From an uncultured Bacteriovoracaceae bacterium (GTDB lineage: Bacteria > Bdellovibrionota > Bacteriovoracia > Bacteriovoracales > Bacteriovoracaceae): 64,000 nt of DNA. The DNA is taken from the NCBI GenBank assembly GCA_964012805.1, contig CAXGUD010000002.1:32001-96000 (forward strand). The letters are read 5' to 3'. A model generated the notes under the pieces. The model saw only the letters and a list, made by a program, of their open reading frames with translations, was not told the origin of the DNA and made no database searches. Positions 57,750 through 64,000 of the stretch are shown in pieces. Positions within the stretch are counted from its first letter, which is position 1. Each line of letters opens with the position of its first letter. The position numbers were made by a program, and so were the translations under genes.

Positions 57750-59843
57750 ATGGCAAATTCTCTCTATATCTCGTCCAATGAGGCCAGATCTGGCAAATCT
57801 CTGGTAAGTCTTGCCCTTACTGACCTCCTTTTAAAGAGAGTCCAAAGAGTTGGTTTTTTCAAACCCATAATAGATCGAAAAGAAGGTCAACAAAAAGACT
57901 CTCATATCAAACTGGTTCTTGAATATTTTAACTTATCAATACCTTACGAAAAGACATTTGGGTTGTACTGGGATCAAGTGAATGAATATATTTCCCAAGG
58001 GCTAAAAGGAAAGGTTTTCGAACTTATTTTAGAAAAGTATAAAAACTTAGAGGATGATTGTGACTTCATACTTTGTGAAGGAACAAATTTTAAAAGCTCA
58101 AATACCTCCTTTGAAGCTGAGCTAAATATAGAAATCGCTCAAAACCTATCAACTCCTGTTCTTATAGTCGGAAATGCTAAAGACAAATATGAGAGGTCGA
58201 TTACCTCTCTTATAAAAAACTCATTTCAGGGCTTTAAGTCCCAGGGAGTAAACGTCCTTGGCAGCATTATCAATAGAGTTCCTGAAGAGAATAAAGAATT
58301 TTTAAAAAAAACAATTCGAAAAAAGTTTAGAGATAGTTTTGTTATTAACGCTCTCATTCCTGAAGACCCTCTTCTTATATCCCCTACAATGAGAGAAGTC
58401 ACCCAATACTTAAAAGCAGAAGTTCTTTATGGGAAAGAAAAGCTATCTCATCAAGCCTACCGCTACTCTATTGCGGCCATGCACCTCTCAAATTATTTAG
58501 AGCGCCTGACTGATCATTGCCTTGTCATTACTCCAGGGGATAGAGACGATATTATAATGGGTGTCCTTATGGCCCATAGGTCAAAAAACTTTCCGGCAAT
58601 AGCAGGCATTATTCTTTCTTCTGGTGTAAGGCCCTCAAAGACGGTCCTTTCTCTTCTCGATGGACTTCCTTACTCTTTACCCATTCTATCCACTGAATAC
58701 AATACTTTTGAGACAGCCTCGCTTTTAGATGACCTCCACTCTCAATTTCTTCCTGAAGAACCAGATAAGATTTATTTTGCTCTTAAAAAATTTGAAGAGT
58801 ATGTAGACACTGAGCTTTTATCCAAAAAAATAGTTCAAATTAAGTCTGATGCTCTATCTCCAAAAATGTTTGAGTATATATGTACACAAAAAGCAAAAAA
58901 AAGAAGGTCCCATATTGTTCTTCCTGAGGGGTCGGACTCCAGAGTCTTAAAAGCAACTCATCATCTTCTAGAAAGGAATATCGTCGAAATAACGCTTCTA
59001 GGAGACATTGAACAAATAAAGTCAGAAGCCTCCAAACTGGGGCTAAACTTGTCTAGGGCAAACCTGGTTGACCCTACACTTTCCGATAATTTTGAAAAAT
59101 ACACGACTGTTCTTTACAACCTTAGAAAGCATAAAGGACTCACAATGGATGGGGCAAAAGACCTCATGAGCGACGTCTCTTACTATGGTACAATGATGGT
59201 TCACCTGGACGACGCAGACGGAATGGTTTCAGGAGCTGTTCACACAACTCAACATACGATAAGACCTGCCCTTCAATTTATAAAGACTAGGCCTGATGTC
59301 AAAGCAGTTTCATCCGTCTTTTTCATGTGTCTTTCTGACAGAGTTTTGGTTTACGGCGACTGTGCCATAAATCCAAACCCTGATAGTGAACTGCTTGCTG
59401 AAATTGCCATTGCTTCTGCAGAAACTGCCGAGTCTTTTGGTATTGAGGCCAAAGTTGCTATGCTTTCCTATTCATCTGGATCCTCTGGGAAGGGAGAGGA
59501 TGTCGAAAAGGTGAAAAAGGCGACAGAAATTGTGAAGGAGAAAAAACCTGACTTAAAAATAGAAGGCCCTATTCAATATGATGCTGCCGTTGACCCTGAA
59601 GTTGGGCAAAAAAAGATTCCTGGCTCAAAGGTAGCAGGCCAAGCAACCGTACTTATTTTCCCTGACTTAAATACGGGTAATAATACCTACAAAGCTGTTC
59701 AAAGAGAAACTGGAGCTGTTGCTATTGGTCCCCTTCTTCAAGGACTCAACAAACCTGTGAACGATTTAAGTAGAGGTTGCACCGTTCCCGATATTGTTAA
59801 TACAGTCATCATGACGGCCATTCAGGCGCAGGAATTACACTAA
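57750..59843 (+). CDS. pta: Phosphate acetyltransferase, long form with DRTGG domain
   Basis: AAA_26-like N-terminus, TPGDRDD, IVLPEG, GDCAINPNP, GNNTYKAVQR, NDLSRGC. Confidence 0.96.
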   Translation: MANSLYISSNEARSGKSLVSLALTDLLLKRVQRVGFFKPIIDRKEGQQKDSHIKLVLEYFNLSIPYEKTFGLYWDQVNEYISQGLKGKVFELILEKYKNLEDDCDFILCEGTNFKSSNTSFEAELNIEIAQNLSTPVLIVGNAKDKYERSITSLIKNSFQGFKSQGVNVLGSIINRVPEENKEFLKKTIRKKFRDSFVINALIPEDPLLISPTMREVTQYLKAEVLYGKEKLSHQAYRYSIAAMHLSNYLERLTDHCLVITPGDRDDIIMGVLMAHRSKNFPAIAGIILSSGVRPSKTVLSLLDGLPYSLPILSTEYNTFETASLLDDLHSQFLPEEPDKIYFALKKFEEYVDTELLSKKIVQIKSDALSPKMFEYICTQKAKKRRSHIVLPEGSDSRVLKATHHLLERNIVEITLLGDIEQIKSEASKLGLNLSRANLVDPTLSDNFEKYTTVLYNLRKHKGLTMDGAKDLMSDVSYYGTMMVHLDDADGMVSGAVHTTQHTIRPALQFIKTRPDVKAVSSVFFMCLSDRVLVYGDCAINPNPDSELLAEIAIASAETAESFGIEAKVAMLSYSSGSSGKGEDVEKVKKATEIVKEKKPDLKIEGPIQYDAAVDPEVGQKKIPGSKVAGQATVLIFPDLNTGNNTYKAVQRETGAVAIGPLLQGLNKPVNDLSRGCTVPDIVNTVIMTAIQAQELH

Positions 59844-61048
59844 TGAAAATTCTTGTCTTAAATGCAGGAAGTTCTTCCCTTAAATATAAAATCTTTGATT
59901 TAGACCATGATTTAGTTTTGGCCTCAGGCTTGGTTGAAAAAATTGGAGAAGAAAAGGCACAGCTTATTTATGAAACCAAAAGTAAGAAAACCTATGAAGA
60001 GGAAGCACCCTTTAAAAATCATAAAGAAGCTTTGGAAAAAATAATCTCAATTCTTCTGGATAAAAAGCTTGGGGTTTTAAATAGCGTTTCCGAACTTCAA
60101 GGCGTTGGCCATAGAGTGGTCCATGGTGGAGAAAGTTTTAAAATCCCTTGTAAAGTGAATGAAGAGGTTTTAAAGGGAATAGAAAAAATGATTCCACTTG
60201 CCCCCCTTCACAATCCTCCAAACCTTGAAGGCCTTAAAGTTTCCATGTCCCTCTTCCCTAAGGTACCTCAAGTTGCCGTCTTTGATACTTCTTTTCATCA
60301 GACAATGCCTAAGCATGCTTTTAGATATGCCTTGCCAGAAGACCTGTATGAGAAACATGGTTTAAGGAGGTACGGGTTTCATGGTACAAGTCACCATTAT
60401 GTAGCGAAAGTTGCTGCAAACTATTTAAATATTCCCATTGAAAAATTAAATGCAATCACATTTCATTTAGGTAATGGCGGATCAATGGCCGCTATAAAAG
60501 GCGGTAAGAGCATTGATACTAGCATGGGAATGACTCCCCTTGAGGGACTTGTTATGGGGACAAGGTCCGGTGATATTGACCCCGCTATTCCCTTTTTTTT
60601 AGAAAGAGAATTAAAAATGGATTTAAAATCCATAGACCTACTATTAAATAAGAAAAGTGGCTTAAAAGGCATTTGTGGAAAAAATGATATAAGAGATATT
60701 AGTAGACTTTCAAAAAATGGAGATGAAAAGGCCACATTGGCCCTTAATATTTATTGTTACCGAATAAAAAAATACCTGGGAGCCTATCTCGCTCTTTTGC
60801 CAAAATTAGATGCACTTGTTTTTACGGCGGGGATAGGAGAGAATTCAACTCTTGTTAGAGAGATGATTTTAAAAGACCTTAATCATTTAGGCATAAACCT
60901 AGATCAAGAAAAAAATAAGAATGTAAAGAGAGGCACCATACAGGCAATTCAAGCGGAGGGCAAAGATCAAACGGTAATCAAAATACTTGTCGTTCCAACT
61001 GATGAAGAAAAGGAAATAGCCTCCCAAACAAAAGGCATTCTTAATTAA
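59843..61048 (+). CDS. ackA: Acetate kinase
   Basis: LNAGSSSLK, GHRVVHGG, APLHNP, YGFHGTSH, MGTRSGDID, FTAGIGEN. Confidence 0.97.
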   Translation: MKILVLNAGSSSLKYKIFDLDHDLVLASGLVEKIGEEKAQLIYETKSKKTYEEEAPFKNHKEALEKIISILLDKKLGVLNSVSELQGVGHRVVHGGESFKIPCKVNEEVLKGIEKMIPLAPLHNPPNLEGLKVSMSLFPKVPQVAVFDTSFHQTMPKHAFRYALPEDLYEKHGLRRYGFHGTSHHYVAKVAANYLNIPIEKLNAITFHLGNGGSMAAIKGGKSIDTSMGMTPLEGLVMGTRSGDIDPAIPFFLERELKMDLKSIDLLLNKKSGLKGICGKNDIRDISRLSKNGDEKATLALNIYCYRIKKYLGAYLALLPKLDALVFTAGIGENSTLVREMILKDLNHLGINLDQEKNKNVKRGTIQAIQAEGKDQTVIKILVVPTDEEKEIASQTKGILN

Positions 61049-61189
61049 AGTAGATCCCCTTTAAAGCTTCTTATTCATTAAATTTATTTTCCTTAGTTAC
61101 ATTTGTTTAATTTTTCTTTGTGTAGACAAAGCTAATCATTTAATTAAAAATTGAACGCACTTTTATTAATTATTTTTAGGAGTTGTATT

Positions 61190-61615
61190 ATGTCAAATAA
61201 TGACGCAATTAATGTAACAAAAGATCAAATCGAAGCCTTTAACGACAAAAATTGGGACAAGTGGCTAAGCTTAACTGCTGACAACTGTGTTTATGATGAA
61301 GTTGCTACCCAAAATAAGATTGAAGGTAGTGAAAAAATCGTAGAAATAATGAAAGCCTGGAAGGAAGCATTTCCAAATGTTAAGGGTGTTATTAATCATG
61401 CGACAACAGATGGAAAACATGCAACATTGCAAGTGACATGGATTGGAAAACACACAGGTCCTCTTCAAACACCTAATGGAAATATTCCCCCAACAGGAAA
61501 AGAAATACAAATCAGAGGCTGCTATATTGGCGAAATTGAAAATGGAAAGGTTAAAAAATGCGATAACTACTTTGATATGATGACTATGATGACTCAGCTA
61601 GGTTTAGCGAACTAA
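61190..61615 (+). CDS. SnoaL-like ester cyclase / NTF2-fold protein
   Basis: AGGAG SD before ATG 61190; AFPN, W.GKHTGPL....IPPTGK, YFD...MMTQLGL. Confidence 0.85.
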   Translation: MSNNDAINVTKDQIEAFNDKNWDKWLSLTADNCVYDEVATQNKIEGSEKIVEIMKAWKEAFPNVKGVINHATTDGKHATLQVTWIGKHTGPLQTPNGNIPPTGKEIQIRGCYIGEIENGKVKKCDNYFDMMTMMTQLGLAN

Positions 61616-61621
61616 TAAGTT

Positions 61622-61649
61622 TTTGGGCCAACCTCAAAGTTGGCCCAAA
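61622..61649. terminator. Hairpin between convergent genes (likely bidirectional terminator)
   Basis: TTTGGGCCAAC-CTCAAA-GTTGGCCCAAA. Confidence 0.8.
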
Positions 61650-61670
61650 CCTTAAAAGCACATATGCTTC

Positions 61671-62579
61671 TTACTTTATTTCAAAAAAGTCATAAATTTT
61701 TTTGACTTCTCTCAATCCAAGATAATAGTAATGTGACGCACCATCTATAGTCCAAAACTCCACTTTACCGTTTGCTTGACAACCGTGAGTCTTTTTCACA
61801 TTAATTTTTCGACCTAATGTCGCCCGAAAAGAAGATCCTTGAAAACTCCCCCCGCTACATAGATTTTTTTCTTCCCAAAAGCTGACGGTCTTGTAAGCAC
61901 TTGGATGCCACCTTGAACCTTCAAAGGGCCCTCCGGCCGCGGGCCCGCTTCCTTCAAATAAAATTGTCTTGTCTTTTGTGCTATGAATGTGAAGAACCTT
62001 AAGTGGTCTTATAGGTTCACATTTTTGGGACTCCATGGGCCCGGAGCCTGCAAAGCTTACGACACCACTTATTAGGTCTGATGCCTCACAGGCCATACGG
62101 TAGGCCATAAAACCACCATTAGAAAAACCAGCTACAAAAATTTTATCTTCGTTAATGGGATATTCTTTTTTTAATTTATTTATGATTGATCTCAAAAAAG
62201 AAACGTCATTTGGGACTTGATCTGCATGGCCATCACAACAGTTTAGGCCACTCCAAAATCTTTTTCCTTTTTTGTCCTTAATACCTGAAGGAACAGCTAC
62301 GATAGTTTTCCTTTTGCTTGAGAGGTAATTAAGAGGAAGCACAAATCTCTGCTGCGATGGGTTACTAGAGTAGCCATGCAGTGAAATAATAAGAGACAAC
62401 TTTTCACCTTTTGAAATTTTTCTAGGGGCATAAACAATCGTAGGTGCTCGCCCTTCCTCAGAGGAAACAGTTTTTTTGGCGGGGAAAATACTGGAGTGAG
62501 AATTTTCGGTAGAAAGAAAAAACGCAACCACAAATAAGAATAAAAAGCTTTTCATTTTCTTAGATACTCCTTTAAACAT
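61671..62579 (-). CDS. Secreted PHB depolymerase / LpqC-family esterase (paralogue of 25564..26580)
   Basis: LHGY, RFW...CCD, GFSNGGFMAYR, HIHST.D, terminal H. Confidence 0.85.
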   Translation of the reverse strand: MFKGVSKKMKSFLFLFVVAFFLSTENSHSSIFPAKKTVSSEEGRAPTIVYAPRKISKGEKLSLIISLHGYSSNPSQQRFVLPLNYLSSKRKTIVAVPSGIKDKKGKRFWSGLNCCDGHADQVPNDVSFLRSIINKLKKEYPINEDKIFVAGFSNGGFMAYRMACEASDLISGVVSFAGSGPMESQKCEPIRPLKVLHIHSTKDKTILFEGSGPAAGGPFEGSRWHPSAYKTVSFWEEKNLCSGGSFQGSSFRATLGRKINVKKTHGCQANGKVEFWTIDGASHYYYLGLREVKKIYDFFEIK

Positions 62580-62710
62580 TGAGGACTACACAATACAGGG
62601 AGTAAATTTTTGAAGCTATAACAAATGAAAAGAATACAGATAGACAAATACTGGACAAGGCAAAATAGTGAAAGTGAAACACCCATTAAAAATGAAATCT
62701 CTCCACAAAA

Positions 62711-63964
62711 TTAATCTAAATAATCCCAAGGGATAATGTCTCCGCTAACTTTTAAAGTTTTTAAGATAAAGTACAAACCACCTATTTTTCTATCTATAAA
62801 AAGGTTTTGATGGGGAAGATAATTTAACTTAACCCTCTTTAGGAGCTCTTTACTTCTATTTAAAGCTTGAGTTGGAATTTTTGAATTTCCCCAATCATAG
62901 TATTTTTTGGTAAATGGTTCACTAACCAATAAAAAATAATCCCAAAGAAGGCCTTCATCGGTGTGATTAAAATCGATAAAGTTATGTTTTTCTAATATAT
63001 CCCACAATGCCTTTTTGTCTCTCCTAGCGATTCCTCTCATGATTCCCTGATAATCCTGAGAGATCTCTTTAGAAAGCTCTTTAGTAGCACCGAAATCCAA
63101 AAGAACCCACTTATTATCTTTAATGAGATAATTTCCAGCATGAGCGTCACTTTGTACTAAATTCCATTCAAAAATTTCTTTAAAAAAGAGTTCAAAAAAA
63201 TCTTTTCCAAGTTTATTTCTGCTAGTCTGACTTAAATTAAGAACTTCATCTTGGATACTATGTCCTTTAATGAAAGCTGTACAAATAAAGGTTTTACTTG
63301 AAAATTCTTTAAAAACTTGAGGGACTATGTACTTATCTCCAACGAGAGAAGCGTACTTTAACGTTAAATTGGCTTCTTTTTCATAATCCATCTCCTGCAA
63401 AAGCATAACCTTAATTTCTTTAAAAATACTATCGAGGTTGTAATCTTTAGGAACGACTTTGGTGAAACTTAAAAGAAGCCTTAAAGCTTTCAAATCGAGG
63501 TCTATAACTCTTTGAATATTTTTATACTGTATCTTAAGAGCGTATTCTTTTTTACCTGTTTCTTTGTCAATTGCCTTATGAACTTGCCCAATAGACGCCG
63601 CTGCTATAGGACTTTTAGATATAACTAACTCTTCTAAAATTTTTGGATCGAGTTGCTTTGAAATTTGGTTCCAACTGAGAAATGATGATTGTGATTGAAG
63701 TTGCTCTAATAAATTTTCAACTTCTGGAGGAAGTAATTCCTTGCCATATAAAGAAAGGATCTGACCTGCTTTTAAAAGACTTCCCTTTAACTGACCTAGG
63801 TCTTCAGTAAGAACGCCCATCTTATTTTGGAGATAGCGGCCAAATTTATCGGAAACTTCTTTTTCGCTAGAGAAAAAAAGCTCTTTTCCAAGTTGAGTCG
63901 CTAATTTTGCAAGAATTAGATTTCTTTTAAAGAAACCAGTGTTGAGTTTGCTTAGCTCTTTCAT
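62711..63964 (-). CDS. AarF/ABC1/UbiB atypical kinase (COQ8-like)
   Basis: LKAGQ (KxGQ), AAASIGQVH, ALKIQY, QSDAHAGNY, LLDFGA. Confidence 0.92.
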   Translation of the reverse strand: MKELSKLNTGFFKRNLILAKLATQLGKELFFSSEKEVSDKFGRYLQNKMGVLTEDLGQLKGSLLKAGQILSLYGKELLPPEVENLLEQLQSQSSFLSWNQISKQLDPKILEELVISKSPIAAASIGQVHKAIDKETGKKEYALKIQYKNIQRVIDLDLKALRLLLSFTKVVPKDYNLDSIFKEIKVMLLQEMDYEKEANLTLKYASLVGDKYIVPQVFKEFSSKTFICTAFIKGHSIQDEVLNLSQTSRNKLGKDFFELFFKEIFEWNLVQSDAHAGNYLIKDNKWVLLDFGATKELSKEISQDYQGIMRGIARRDKKALWDILEKHNFIDFNHTDEGLLWDYFLLVSEPFTKKYYDWGNSKIPTQALNRSKELLKRVKLNYLPHQNLFIDRKIGGLYFILKTLKVSGDIIPWDYLD

Positions 63965-64000
63965 TCAAGAAGTTCCTTGCTTCCGGTGAATTTTATCAAC

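Noticed and set aside
62630..62660. TAGACA/TGGACA 11 bp apart, resembling a CarH/LitR operator
   Set aside because: Only two short repeats and no such regulator in the window; could be chance.

Overview
AT-rich, gene-dense bacterial chromosomal window. Gene content (an Agl-Glt-like TPR/ExbBD/AgmX-PglI cluster, several orphan CheY-like regulators, a CheW-less CheA-like kinase, secreted hydrolases) suggests a predatory Bdellovibrionota member such as Bacteriovoracaceae; this is inference only. I found no rRNA, tRNA, CRISPR array or transposase. Recognisable genes include ggt, fadH, ppiC, blc, an Fe(III) ABC transporter, bfr, msrC-like and pta-ackA. Most notable: (1) an operon of two cobalamin-binding radical SAM paralogues plus a Rieske oxygenase; (2) a ~115-aa C-terminal module shared by two otherwise different lipoproteins 26 kb apart, one carrying a metzincin domain; (3) a ten-gene, very Lys-rich gliding/TonB-like envelope machine; (4) a ~114-nt long imperfect hairpin upstream of bacterioferritin; (5) an OsmC-YcaO fusion next to ggt; (6) small membrane ORFs missed by the ORF track; (7) two adjacent pseudogenes. 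All family calls come from motif recognition by eye, without database searches.
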